Positions 27,384 to 37,553 are shown, numbered from the stretch's first letter. The stretch is DNA of 64,000 bases from an archaeon GW2011_AR18 (GCA_000806155.1 JWKX01000007.1:5097-69096), one strand, 5' to 3'. Translations and numbers: made by a program. The notes: a model not told the origin generated them from the sequence alone.

Positions 27384-28618
27384 TTTTCTTTTATTAGATA
27401 TAATTTATCATTTTTCCTTATTTTTTCTTTTATCTCTATTGTGATTATATCATCTTTTTTTGCATGTTCTAATTGTTCATTGTTTTTTATTATTTTCTCT
27501 GCTTTTGCATGCACTATCCCTGTTGTTGGCCCTGTTATTATTATTTCATCTCCTTTATTTAATATTCCTGATTTTATCCTGAACTCCCCTACAAAGTTTT
27601 TATTATAATAATTTATTGCATCTCCTATGTATATTTTTTCTCTTGTTGCTTTTGATCCATATGTTCCTGACCATTCACCTAATTTTTTCCCTAGATAATA
27701 TCCTCCATGCCAGAATCCTCTGTTATAGACTTTTTCTAATTCTTTTATCCATGTATCTATTTTTTCTTTTGTATATGTATTGTTCTTTACACTTTCAACT
27801 CCTTCTTTGTATGCTTTTGTTGTTGTGTATACATAATCTGCTGGTTTTCCTCTTCCCTCTATTTTTAGTATACTTATTCCTGAATTGATTATCTTATCTA
27901 AGAATGTTATTGTGCATAGGTCTTTTGGTGACATTATATATTTGTTGTCTATGACTAGTTCATCTCCTGTCTCTTCATCTATGACTTTGTATGATCTTCT
28001 GCAGTTCTGTAAGCATGATCCTCTGTTTGCTGATGCATTGTATACAGCCAGGCTCATATAACATTTTCCTGATATTGCTACGCATAATGCTCCATGTGCG
28101 AATATTTCTATCTTGATTAATTCTTTGTTTGGTGATCTTATGTCTTGTTTTTTTATCTCATCACATATCTTCTTTATCTGTCCTAATGTTAATTCTCTTG
28201 CTAAGACTATTACATCTGCATATTGTGCATAGAATTTCACTGTTTCTATGTTTGAGATATTCATCTGTGTTGAGCAGTGAACATTTAGCCCTATTGATCT
28301 TGCATAGATTATTGCTGACATGTCGCTTGCTATTACTGCATCTATTCCCTGTTTTTTTGCCTCATCACATATTTTTTTCATTAATATCATGTCATGGTCA
28401 TACATTATTGTATTTAATGCTAGGAACGTTTTTACATTATTTTCTTTGCAGAGCTTTACTATTTTTGTCAGGTCTTTTATTGTGAAATTATTTATTGACC
28501 TTGCTCTCATGTTTAACTGTTCTATCCCAAAATATACAGAATCAGCTCCTGCCTTTATTGAGGCATTTAATGATTCAAATGATCCTGCTGGTGATGTTAT
28601 CTCTACTCTATTTTCCAT
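27380..28618 (-). CDS. Peptidase U32 family protein (Fe-S RNA hydroxylase-like)
   Basis: SPAG, GADSVYFG, HGALCVAISGKC, NRGSCLQNCR and LKIEGR. Confidence 0.9.
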   Translation of the reverse strand: MENRVEITSPAGSFESLNASIKAGADSVYFGIEQLNMRARSINNFTIKDLTKIVKLCKENNVKTFLALNTIMYDHDMILMKKICDEAKKQGIDAVIASDMSAIIYARSIGLNVHCSTQMNISNIETVKFYAQYADVIVLARELTLGQIKKICDEIKKQDIRSPNKELIKIEIFAHGALCVAISGKCYMSLAVYNASANRGSCLQNCRRSYKVIDEETGDELVIDNKYIMSPKDLCTITFLDKIINSGISILKIEGRGKPADYVYTTTKAYKEGVESVKNNTYTKEKIDTWIKELEKVYNRGFWHGGYYLGKKLGEWSGTYGSKATREKIYIGDAINYYNKNFVGEFRIKSGILNKGDEIIITGPTTGIVHAKAEKIIKNNEQLEHAKKDDIITIEIKEKIRKNDKLYLIKEK

Positions 28619-28661
28619 GTATTTGTTGTATTTAGAAATATTATTAATGTTTGTTATTTTA

Positions 28662-29582
28662 CTATTTCTTAAATTTATTATATGCTTTTGATACTTTTAT
28701 ATTCCAGAAGCTTGGTAATGGGTTAGATACAAATCCTTTGTAATTATGTGAATATATGTAAGTTAGTCCTTTGTCTTCTTTGTATTTCTCGAATTCTTTT
28801 TCTACTTCTTCGTATATCTCTTTTATTTTCTTTCTCTCAAAATCTTTCTGTAATAGTGATGATGGTTTTAGTGCTATATAATCTGCCTGTCTTATTGTAT
28901 TTATTTCTATATTGCTGCTATTCTGAGAAATAAAAATAATTGAAAGATCTTTATGCCTTGCTATAAATAATATTTGTGATAATAACTTGTTTGAATTGCT
29001 CATTGATTCTCTTGAACTGAATTGTATTCCTGATTCATCTACTAGTAATATTGAGTTGTTTTCTGCATCATCTATACTATCTACTATGTTTATCCAGTTT
29101 GGCATGTCTTTTGAGTTAAATCCCATTGCATATACTTCCTTTCCTGTCTCTGCTTTTAAATTCTCTAATAGTTTCATTCCTAATGCTGATTTTCCTGTCC
29201 CTCTTGCTCCTAGTATTATCCCTATTGTTGAACTGCTATCTAATATTTTATTCTCAAATTCTTGATAATCTCCTTTTATTGTTTTTATTTCTTTGAAGTT
29301 TTCATGCATTGGTTTGGAGCTTATTGATCCATGTTTAACATCTGTTTTTTTAATAGGTTTTGTCTCATCTTTCAGTATTGGTTTCTCATCAACTATTATC
29401 TTGTCTTCTATTATTGTTTTATTTTTATCTCTGTCAAATATTTTTGTGAATATCCATCCTATTCCTGTTACTATTCCTTTTAATAAATAATAAACTGCTT
29501 TTACAATATATTCTATTAATCTATATAATAATACAAATATCTGTCCTATGTAGTAGAATATTGATTTCTTTCTTTTTCCCAT
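28662..29582 (-). CDS. Membrane-anchored P-loop ATPase, Zot/pI-like
   Basis: N-terminal hydrophobic segment, GARGTGKS, LLVDES and ARHKDLSIIFISQ...IRQ. Confidence 0.7.
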   Translation of the reverse strand: MGKRKKSIFYYIGQIFVLLYRLIEYIVKAVYYLLKGIVTGIGWIFTKIFDRDKNKTIIEDKIIVDEKPILKDETKPIKKTDVKHGSISSKPMHENFKEIKTIKGDYQEFENKILDSSSTIGIILGARGTGKSALGMKLLENLKAETGKEVYAMGFNSKDMPNWINIVDSIDDAENNSILLVDESGIQFSSRESMSNSNKLLSQILFIARHKDLSIIFISQNSSNIEINTIRQADYIALKPSSLLQKDFERKKIKEIYEEVEKEFEKYKEDKGLTYIYSHNYKGFVSNPLPSFWNIKVSKAYNKFKK

Positions 29583-30186
29583 TCTCTATTGAATCTCTCT
29601 CATTTAATGTTTCTTTCTCAACTTCTATTTTTCCTTTTATCACAAAAATAAATATCCCTTTATTATTATCTGTTTTATAATTGAATTCTTTCTCTTCTGT
29701 ATATTCTCCTATGTATAATTTTGCATCTTGGTTTATCTCTTTATTTACTATTAGATTTAATTCATTTTCTTTTAATTCTATCTTCTTCTGTTCATATTTT
29801 GGTTCTATATCTTCTTCTGATGGTTCTATCCATATCTGTAATAACCTTGTCTCTTTTGTTTTTGATGGATTATATTCTGAATGTGTTATTCCTGTTCCTG
29901 CTGACATAGTCTGTATTTCATTCTCCTCTATTCTTCCTATATTTTTAATATTGTCTTTGTGTTCTAATGTTCCTTCTAGTATTATTGTTATTATCTCCAT
30001 ATCATTGTGATGATGCATTGGAAATCCTTGTAATGGTTGTATTATATCATCATTCAATACTAATAATTTTCCAAATCCTAATCTTTTTGGGTTGTAATAA
30101 TTTGAAAAGCTGAAACTATATTTTGTATCTAACCATTCATTCTTAAATTTTCCTCTCTCAGAATTTCTTTGTATTTCTTTTTTCAT
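29521..30186 (-). CDS. Pirin family protein
   Basis: GFPMHHHNDMEII, MSAGTGITHSE and LLQIW. Confidence 0.9.
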   Translation of the reverse strand: MKKEIQRNSERGKFKNEWLDTKYSFSFSNYYNPKRLGFGKLLVLNDDIIQPLQGFPMHHHNDMEIITIILEGTLEHKDNIKNIGRIEENEIQTMSAGTGITHSEYNPSKTKETRLLQIWIEPSEEDIEPKYEQKKIELKENELNLIVNKEINQDAKLYIGEYTEEKEFNYKTDNNKGIFIFVIKGKIEVEKETLNERDSIENGKKKEINILLHRTDICIII

Positions 30187-30204
30187 AAATAAAAAATAAA
30201 GGAT

Positions 30205-30762
30205 TTATTTCCTCATGTTTTTCATTGTTTCTGCAAATGTATTTAGTTGTTTCAGCATTCCTTCTGCTTTTTCATTTAGATGTTTATTTAATATTTCTCC
30301 TTTTTCATCAAATGCCTGCCACACAAATGGTATGTTTACTTCCTCTCTTATTGGTGTCATTTGTAATTCTACTGATACCTGTCTTAGTTGTTCTACTGCT
30401 CTTGATCCTCCAACATATCCTCCATAGCTTACGAATGCTACTGGTTTATTGTTCCACTCTTTGTATAAATAATCTATTGCATTTTTTAGTACTGCTGGAT
30501 ATCCGTGGTTGTATTCTGGTGTTACTATTATATATCCATCTGCTTCACTTATTTTCTCTGACCATTTTTTTGAATGTTCATATGAGTATTCTCCCATGAA
30601 TGGTGGTTTTGAATCATTGAACATTGGCAAGTTCCACTCTTTTAGATCTATGATTTCATATTCTGTTTCTTTGTTTTTCTTTGCTATATTTGTTATCCAC
30701 TTACAGACTTTTTCCCCGTTTCTTCCCTCTCTTATGCTTCCTAGTATTATTTGTATTTTCAT
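30205..30762 (-). CDS. NAD(P)H-dependent FMN reductase
   Basis: GSIREGR, TPEYNHGYPAVLKNAID and GGSRAVEQLR. Confidence 0.92.
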   Translation of the reverse strand: MKIQIILGSIREGRNGEKVCKWITNIAKKNKETEYEIIDLKEWNLPMFNDSKPPFMGEYSYEHSKKWSEKISEADGYIIVTPEYNHGYPAVLKNAIDYLYKEWNNKPVAFVSYGGYVGGSRAVEQLRQVSVELQMTPIREEVNIPFVWQAFDEKGEILNKHLNEKAEGMLKQLNTFAETMKNMRK

Positions 30763-30818
30763 AATATTTACCTCATATTTTGTTATTTAAGTTTATAATG
30801 CAAATATAATATATAAAT

Positions 30819-30836
30819 GTATCGGTTATACGATAT
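30819..30836. promoter_or_regulatory. Putative PadR operator TATCG-N6-CGATA
   Basis: Palindrome between the divergent FMN reductase and padR genes. Confidence 0.5.
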
Positions 30837-30883
30837 TAACTTTTAATCATAATGATTATAAACTTCATCTTCTCTAGTAATAT

Positions 30884-31201
30884 ATGAAAAATAGTTCTTG
30901 TGATATGAGAGGTTATCTTAGTTTCATTGTTTTAAGATTATTACATAAGAAAGAGATGTCAGGTGAAGAGATTAGAAAGGAATTAGAAAAAAGAAAAGGC
31001 TGCAAGCCAAGTCCTGGGACTATCTATCCTGTTCTTAAAGATTTGAATAAGAAAGGTTTGATTGTTGAAGTTGATGATAATGGAAAGACTAAAAAATATA
31101 AACTGACAGATAAAGGAAAGAAAGAGATGGATATTGCGACTAAGAAATTTATCTCATTATTCTATGACCTTAAAGAAGATTTTGAAAGATATTTTAAATA
31201 A
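30884..31201 (+). CDS. PadR family regulator
   Basis: PSPGTIYPVLK...KKYKLTDKG. Confidence 0.9.
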   Translation: MKNSSCDMRGYLSFIVLRLLHKKEMSGEEIRKELEKRKGCKPSPGTIYPVLKDLNKKGLIVEVDDNGKTKKYKLTDKGKKEMDIATKKFISLFYDLKEDFERYFK

Positions 31202-31272
31202 GCCTTTGAAGGGATTTGAACCCTCAACCCTCACTTTACGAAAGTGATGCTATACCATTAAGCTACAAAGGC
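31201..31272 (-). tRNA. tRNA-Thr(CGT), intronless
   Basis: GCCTTTG/CAAAGGC acceptor; TCACT-TTCGTAA-AGTGA; GAGGG-TTCAAAT-CCCTT. Confidence 0.95.
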
Positions 31273-31276
31273 ATTA

Positions 31277-31423
31277 TTATTTATCAGAATTATTTTTTAG
31301 TTTCTTCTGGCAGTTGCTGCATATAGCTTCTAATTTTTTTCCTTTTCTTATGTATGTTCCTCTTATCTTTTCTAGGAATGTGGTCTCTATTTTTTCATTG
31401 CATACTGTGCATTTTTCTGCCAT
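31277..31423 (-). CDS. Small zinc-binding protein (48 aa), not in the ORF track
   Basis: Manual translation MAEKCTVC...ICSNCQKK with two CxxC pairs. Confidence 0.75.
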   Translation of the reverse strand: MAEKCTVCNEKIETTFLEKIRGTYIRKGKKLEAICSNCQKKLKNNSDK

Positions 31424-31496
31424 ATATTTTAAAATTAGTATTTTTATATAAATTATACCAAAAAGTTTATTAATAGTAAAACACTATGATATTACT

Positions 31497-31697
31497 ATGA
31501 CAACAACATTGACACTAGAATTTAAAGGAGTAACAGAAGAGATACTCGATACTCTAATTAAAGAAGGATACAGCAAAACAAAATCTGAAGCTGTTAGATA
31601 TGCTTTATTACATCTAGCTGAAGAATTAAGTTTGATTAAACCAAGACTGCATACTAAAGCTGAGGAATATGCTTATCACGAAATAAGGAAAAAATAA
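31497..31697 (+). CDS. RHH-type antitoxin (VapB-like)
   Basis: GYSKTKSEAVRYAL; directly upstream of a PIN gene. Confidence 0.75.
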   Translation: MTTTLTLEFKGVTEEILDTLIKEGYSKTKSEAVRYALLHLAEELSLIKPRLHTKAEEYAYHEIRKK

Positions 31698-31698
31698 A

Positions 31699-32091
31699 AT
31701 GTATCTTGACGTAGATATTTTATTAGCTCTAATTAAAGAAAAAGATTTTCATAGAGAATATGCTAAAAAAATAATTTCTTTAAAAGAAGATAAATATACC
31801 TCTGTAATTAGTTTAATAGAACTCGAGATAGTTATTAAGAGAGAAGTTAGTGATATATTGAGTATGGAATTGGATAAGGTATTAATTAAAATATTGCCAG
31901 AACTAAGAATTGTTGATTGTGATAATGAAATATTTAATAAAAGTCTAGACTTAAGAAAAAAATTTAATCTTGGAATATTTGATTCTATTCACGCAGCAAC
32001 TTCATTGAAATTTGATAAGCGTATAGCATCAACAGATCATATGTTTGAAAAAGTTAAAGGCTTGGTTGTTGTTAAAACTATTATAAATTAA
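31699..32091 (+). CDS. PIN-domain toxin (VapC-like)
   Basis: YLDVD, E, FDSIHAAT and STD. Confidence 0.85.
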   Translation: MYLDVDILLALIKEKDFHREYAKKIISLKEDKYTSVISLIELEIVIKREVSDILSMELDKVLIKILPELRIVDCDNEIFNKSLDLRKKFNLGIFDSIHAATSLKFDKRIASTDHMFEKVKGLVVVKTIIN

Positions 32092-32159
32092 GTTGGTAAA
32101 CTTTACCATAAAATTTTAGATTCAATTAACTTTATAAACATTTTATTAATAGTAATTAT

Positions 32160-33941
32160 ATGAGAAAAGTAGCAGTTATTGTTGAAAGGCAGAAATGTTA
32201 TCCTAATAAATGCCAGCACGAATGCATGAAGTATGATCCTGTTAACAAAGCTGGCGGTCAAGGTTTCCATCTTAGTCCTATTCATGGTAAATCTGAAATT
32301 GATGAGGAAGTTGCTTCTGAGATGCATAAGATTTGTGCTAAGAAATGTCCTTTCCAGGCTATTCATATTGTTAATCTTCCTGAAAAACTTAAAGAAGATC
32401 CTATTAATCGTTTTGGTCAAAACCAATTTGAATTATATTCTTTGCCTATTATAAAACCTAATCTTACTGTTGGTGTTATTGGTAAGAACGGTATTGGTAA
32501 ATCAACTGCTTTAGAAATTTTATCAGGTAATGTTGTCCCTAATCTTGGAGAATTTAATTCTAAACCCGAATACTCAAAAATTATCTCTAAATATTCTACT
32601 AGGTCTTTTGGTGATTATTTCAAAAAATTATCTAATAAGGAATTAAGAATAAGTTACAAGCCTCAGAGAGTTGAGATGTTAGCAACTATATACAAAGGTC
32701 ATAAAGTTTTTGATCTATTAAAAAAAGTTGATGAAAAAAATCAATTAGATCTAGTTATGAAAGAATTAGAGTTAGAAGATCTTAAGGATCATATGATTGA
32801 AGAATTATCTGGTGGTGAATTACAAAGAACTGCTATTGCTGCTTGTCTTTTAAAAAAAGCTGATGTTTATTATTTTGATGAGCCAACTTCATTTTTAGAT
32901 ATCACTCACAGGATTAAAGCAGCTAGAATTATTAGACATTTAGCAGAAAATCATTCTGTTGTTGTAGTTGAGCATGATCTAGCAACTCTTGATTATATCT
33001 CTGATGAGATTCAGATTGTTTATGGTGAACCTGCTTGTTATGGTATTTTTTCACAATCAAAAGCTGTGCGTAGAGGTATTAATGAGTACATGGATGGTTA
33101 CTTGCCTGATGAGAATATTAGGTTTAGGAATTATCCTATTAAATTTTTTGAAAGGCCTCAGGATACTGTATTATCTAAAACTATTTTAGCTGAATTCCCT
33201 TTTTTAGAAAAGAAGTTTGAAACTTTTAAATTAAAAGTTAATGAAGTTAAATTACATCGTGGTGAAGTATTGACTATCATGGGTTCTAATGGTCTTGGCA
33301 AGTCTACTTTTTTAAAAATGATTTCTGGTGTTTTAAAACCTGATAATATTGATATTCAGAATTTAAAGATAAGTTACAAGCCACAGTATTTAGAATTTAA
33401 TATTGATGGTAATGTTGAATCTTATTTGCGTAGTATTGCAGATTCTGAGTTTGATTCTGGCTGGTACAAAACTAACATTTTAGAAAAACTTAATGTTCAG
33501 AATATTTTGAATAATGAAATTAAGAAATTATCTGGTGGAGAATTACAAAAGATGCATATTGTTGCTTGTCTGACTAACCCCACTGCTGAATTGATTGCTA
33601 TGGATGAACCCTCTGCTTTTATTGATGTTGAGGATCGTCTGAAAGTTGCTGAAATTATTAGAGATTATGTTATGATGAAGGATATTGCAGCAATTGTTGT
33701 TGATCATGATATTCAGTTTATTGATTACTTAGCAGATTCTATGATTATATTTGAAGGAATTCCAACTAAGGAAGGTCATGTTTCTAGTACATTATCTAAA
33801 AGAGATGGTATGAACAGAATATTAACAAATTTGGATATTACTTATAGACGAGATAAAGAAACAGGAAGACCTAGAATAAATAAACCTGGTTCTCAACTAG
33901 ATCAGGAGCAGAGACGTAAGGGAGAATATTATTATACTTAA
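32160..33941 (+). CDS. rli: Ribosome recycling ATPase ABCE1/RLI
   Basis: N-terminal Fe-S domain, two ABC domains (GKNGIGKST, GSNGLGKST, LSGGELQ twice) and RPRINKPGS. Confidence 0.95.
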   Translation: MRKVAVIVERQKCYPNKCQHECMKYDPVNKAGGQGFHLSPIHGKSEIDEEVASEMHKICAKKCPFQAIHIVNLPEKLKEDPINRFGQNQFELYSLPIIKPNLTVGVIGKNGIGKSTALEILSGNVVPNLGEFNSKPEYSKIISKYSTRSFGDYFKKLSNKELRISYKPQRVEMLATIYKGHKVFDLLKKVDEKNQLDLVMKELELEDLKDHMIEELSGGELQRTAIAACLLKKADVYYFDEPTSFLDITHRIKAARIIRHLAENHSVVVVEHDLATLDYISDEIQIVYGEPACYGIFSQSKAVRRGINEYMDGYLPDENIRFRNYPIKFFERPQDTVLSKTILAEFPFLEKKFETFKLKVNEVKLHRGEVLTIMGSNGLGKSTFLKMISGVLKPDNIDIQNLKISYKPQYLEFNIDGNVESYLRSIADSEFDSGWYKTNILEKLNVQNILNNEIKKLSGGELQKMHIVACLTNPTAELIAMDEPSAFIDVEDRLKVAEIIRDYVMMKDIAAIVVDHDIQFIDYLADSMIIFEGIPTKEGHVSSTLSKRDGMNRILTNLDITYRRDKETGRPRINKPGSQLDQEQRRKGEYYYT

Positions 33942-34600
33942 TTTAAAAATTTTTTTGTTAAATTATATACTTCTTCATGTATATCATCAATACTTCTAAT
34001 GCCTGAATCTTTTGATGCACAATTTACTAGATTCCAATGTTTATATTTTCCTGCTAAACTTATATATGCTTCAACTACTCTTTGTTGAAAATCCCTATCA
34101 CTTTCATGACCATCTTGTTTTTCTCCTCTTCCTTCTAATAATTTTTTTGATTCTTCTAAGGGCATATATAAATAAATAACTAAATCTGATCTTGGAATTC
34201 CTAATTGTCCATGTTCAGTATAAAGTAACCATTCTAAAAATTCTCCTCTTTCTTTTTCATTTTTTATTTTTGCACTTTGAAATCCCATATTAGATTCTAT
34301 ATATCTATTACATAGAACATTTGTCCCAGATTCTAAGGATTGTCTAATGCTTGGTGCTGCTTGTTGTCTGTCTAATGCATATAATAATGAAGCCATTTTT
34401 GGATTTATATTAACTGGATTTCCAAATTCTCCATTTAAATATTGTTTAACCATTTTACCAAAATGTGTTTCATATTGAGGAAAAGAATATGTCATAAGTG
34501 GAAAATTTTCAGAAATTAAACGAGCTGTTAATTTATCTGATTGTGTTTTTTTACCTACAGCATCTCCACCATCAAATACGATTAATTTACCTTTTTTCAT
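33938..34600 (-). CDS. tmk: Thymidylate kinase
   Basis: FDGGDAVGKKTQ, LLYALDR and NRYIESN. Confidence 0.88.
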   Translation of the reverse strand: MKKGKLIVFDGGDAVGKKTQSDKLTARLISENFPLMTYSFPQYETHFGKMVKQYLNGEFGNPVNINPKMASLLYALDRQQAAPSIRQSLESGTNVLCNRYIESNMGFQSAKIKNEKERGEFLEWLLYTEHGQLGIPRSDLVIYLYMPLEESKKLLEGRGEKQDGHESDRDFQQRVVEAYISLAGKYKHWNLVNCASKDSGIRSIDDIHEEVYNLTKKFLN

Positions 34601-34719
34601 TTTAATTTATTTATCTCTCTTTAATTTATAAATATTTATGTATATTTGAAGCTATTTTTAATTGAAAACTATATTTATATTATCTAAATGTTTTTATAGG
34701 AGTTATATTAAAAATTTTT

Positions 34720-36387
34720 ATGGTAAAAAAGTTTCTTTCTATTAATGAAGTGCCAGTAGAAATAAAAGAAAAATTATCAAGATATGTTACAAATGTTGGT
34801 GGTAATACTTTTGTTATTCATGGATTACCTTCAGAACTTACTGGTGGGCTTTTAGCAAGATATTCTAGAGCTCAAACAGGGTTACAACTTACTTTATTAA
34901 ATGAGTTCTTAGACGATAACGGTGAACCGTCTGCACAACGTGGTTCTGCTCTTATGGATCGTGTTCTAAATGCATTTGGTGATGATTCTGTTGGTGAATT
35001 GGAGGGAACGCATGTTGGTATTGAAGATATATCTCAGTTAGCAACTAAATGGATTGAAGATAGAAGGATTGGCGGCTCTCCTATTGAACAGTCTACACGT
35101 TATGTAAAATATGATGTAAAAGACGAAAATGGAAGATGGAGATATTTAAGACCTACAGAAATTATGCAATCAGGTCTCGGTGACAAATTTGAAAGTGTTA
35201 ATAATCGTGCTTTTGATGTTTATCAAAAAGGTGTAAAGGGTTTAGTTGATCATTTTAAACAGGAATTTCCAAGAAGTAAACAGACTCTAGAAGTTGATAG
35301 GTATGAAACAAGGGTAAAAGTTGGAGAAGCTGATTTAATAAATGATGAAGAAAGAAAAGCTTTTGATTTAGCTTATAATTTTACTATTAGATGTGCAGCT
35401 TTGGATGTTGGAAGATGTGTCTTACCTTCATCAACTTTAACACACATAGGTCTTTTCGGGAATGGCAGATTTTATACAAGTTTGTTAAATTTTTTGAAAA
35501 GTAATGAATTAGAAGAGGCACAGTCTAGAGCTAGTGATTTAGAATTAGAATTAAATAAAGTTATCCCAACATTTATAAAAAGAAATAAGGCTAATCCGCA
35601 ATCTGCACAAATAAATACTGCAATGAAAGAAGTAGCTTCAGAGTTATTTAGGGATATAGTACCTACTGGGGATAAGGTTACACTATTGTCTAGAAGTAAT
35701 GAATATATAAATGAAGTTCTCGCTTCTGCTTTATTTTCATATACAAATGTCTCTATGCCGCAAATTATGAATAGGTTAGGAGAAATTTCTGAAGAAAGGA
35801 AATTAGAGTTATTAAATTTATATAAAGGTAAAAGAGAATCAAGACGCGATAGAACTGGAAGGGGTATTGAAGCTGGTTATCCTTTGACGTTTGATTTAGT
35901 TGGAGGATTTGCAGAATATCGTGATCTTGAGAGACATAGAATGTTAACTCAACAGAGACAGGATCTAACTACAGAATTAGGTTTTATTCTTCCTCCAGAA
36001 ATGAGTGTGATTGGTTTAGAAGGTGAAGTTAATGAAGTTGTAGGTATGATGGATGATCTTAATAGTGATATTAGACATGCTGGATTAATTCAAGCAGGGC
36101 AATATGCTACGTTATTTAATCATCGTATGAGATTTATGTTAGGTATGAACTTAAGAGCATTCCAACATTTAAGTGAATTAAGAACACAACCAGCAGGACA
36201 CTTTAGTTATCGTAGTATGGTTATGGAAATGGCAAATGCTGTTACTGAACTATATCCATGGGCTAAAACTTTTTATAATTTCGTAGATTATTCTGATCCT
36301 GGAAATAAAATATCTAGAGCAACTGAACAATCAAAAATCTCAGGAAGAAATTTGGCAAGTGGAGTAGACGCAAGTTTAGATATCTAG
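34720..36387 (+). CDS. thyX: Flavin-dependent thymidylate synthase, long duplicated-domain form
   Basis: ARYSR, FGDDSVGEL, EQSTRY, RDLERHR and ELRTQPAGHFSYR. Confidence 0.85.
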   Translation: MVKKFLSINEVPVEIKEKLSRYVTNVGGNTFVIHGLPSELTGGLLARYSRAQTGLQLTLLNEFLDDNGEPSAQRGSALMDRVLNAFGDDSVGELEGTHVGIEDISQLATKWIEDRRIGGSPIEQSTRYVKYDVKDENGRWRYLRPTEIMQSGLGDKFESVNNRAFDVYQKGVKGLVDHFKQEFPRSKQTLEVDRYETRVKVGEADLINDEERKAFDLAYNFTIRCAALDVGRCVLPSSTLTHIGLFGNGRFYTSLLNFLKSNELEEAQSRASDLELELNKVIPTFIKRNKANPQSAQINTAMKEVASELFRDIVPTGDKVTLLSRSNEYINEVLASALFSYTNVSMPQIMNRLGEISEERKLELLNLYKGKRESRRDRTGRGIEAGYPLTFDLVGGFAEYRDLERHRMLTQQRQDLTTELGFILPPEMSVIGLEGEVNEVVGMMDDLNSDIRHAGLIQAGQYATLFNHRMRFMLGMNLRAFQHLSELRTQPAGHFSYRSMVMEMANAVTELYPWAKTFYNFVDYSDPGNKISRATEQSKISGRNLASGVDASLDI

Positions 36388-36452
36388 ATCTTTTAAAAAG
36401 TATATTAAGAATAATAGAAGTTTTTATAAATGTATTATTGAAAGTTTTTATT

Positions 36453-37553
36453 ATGTTATTTTCAGATACTAGCAAAGGAGCACTTCCATACCAGTATATT
36501 AAATCTTTAATAAGTTCCAGAGCAATAAAGTTTAACACGCCTGTTGATGATGCTAAATTAGAAGATCAATTGCAATCTGCTACTTTAGATAGTAGAATTG
36601 GTGATACTATATATAGGGTAGATGGTTTTCATCCTCCTTCGAGTAACGAAACTGTTGAGCAAGTTTTAAGAAACTCTACTTTATATAGTTGGGATATAAG
36701 TTCGTCAAATCCTAATCCTGTTGAAAGAACTCCGGTAAAATATGTAGTCAAATTAAATGAACATCCTGATTTGCCATCTGTAATATATGGTGGTGCTGAT
36801 ACTAAAAGTACTGGTGGAAGAAATTTTTTCAGATGCAAACTTGTTGTTGATAATCATGATAGATATAATGAAATCCCTGCAGGTTATTCTGGTCCGTTAT
36901 TTATGGAGTTCTCTTCTATGGCTTTTTTAGAAGTTTTAAGAAGTGGAGATCCGTTATTGCAGATAAGATTTTATAATGGTGATGCGCGTGTTCCAGATAA
37001 GGAATTAAGGGAACTACAAACATTAAAACCTTTAGTCTTTGATAAGAGTGATAATCCAATGCCTGCTAATAGGCGCTTAATTAATAATGGTTTAGTATTG
37101 ACTCTGGATGTAGAAAGTGATGTTGTTGGATATAATGCTAGGCCTAACCACAAGCCTATTTTATATGGTGTTAAAGGTAATGCTAAAAAATGGGATTATT
37201 GGAGTGAATTAAGGAGTACAAGTGATGGGCTTTTATACACTCAGCTTAGTGATAAATTAATCTTGGCTACTAAGGAAAGTGTTTCAATACCAGATCATCT
37301 TGCTGCAAGAATGAGACAATATGATCAATCAATTACGGGAGATGATAAAACAAATGAAGCAGGGTATTTCGACTCCAATTTTAGTGGTTATGGTGTGTTA
37401 GAATATGTTCCTTCTTTTGATGGTAGGGTTTTAAGAGATGGTATGCCTATAGCAGTTTTAGAAGTTGAAAGGCTTATAGAACCCACAAAAAAACCTTATA
37501 ATGGTAATTATCAAAAGCAGAAAGGTCCGAAATTGGCAAAACAATTCTATTAG
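36453..37553 (+). CDS. dcd: dCTP deaminase, long duplicated form
   Basis: LQSATLDSRIG, KSTGGR, GYSGPL, AGYFDSNF and YQKQ; start moved to the ATG at 36453. Confidence 0.75.
   Translation: MLFSDTSKGALPYQYIKSLISSRAIKFNTPVDDAKLEDQLQSATLDSRIGDTIYRVDGFHPPSSNETVEQVLRNSTLYSWDISSSNPNPVERTPVKYVVKLNEHPDLPSVIYGGADTKSTGGRNFFRCKLVVDNHDRYNEIPAGYSGPLFMEFSSMAFLEVLRSGDPLLQIRFYNGDARVPDKELRELQTLKPLVFDKSDNPMPANRRLINNGLVLTLDVESDVVGYNARPNHKPILYGVKGNAKKWDYWSELRSTSDGLLYTQLSDKLILATKESVSIPDHLAARMRQYDQSITGDDKTNEAGYFDSNFSGYGVLEYVPSFDGRVLRDGMPIAVLEVERLIEPTKKPYNGNYQKQKGPKLAKQFY

Noticed and set aside
29521-29582. 62-bp overlap of the pirin C-terminus with the ATPase start as a deletion or fusion
   Set aside because: The pirin tail is still plausible in length and pattern; an overlap cannot be told from a deletion without reads.
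28662-29582. Inovirus-like provirus around the Zot-like ATPase
   Set aside because: The neighbours are U32, ferredoxin, pirin and FMN reductase; there are no Rep, integrase or small coat-like genes.
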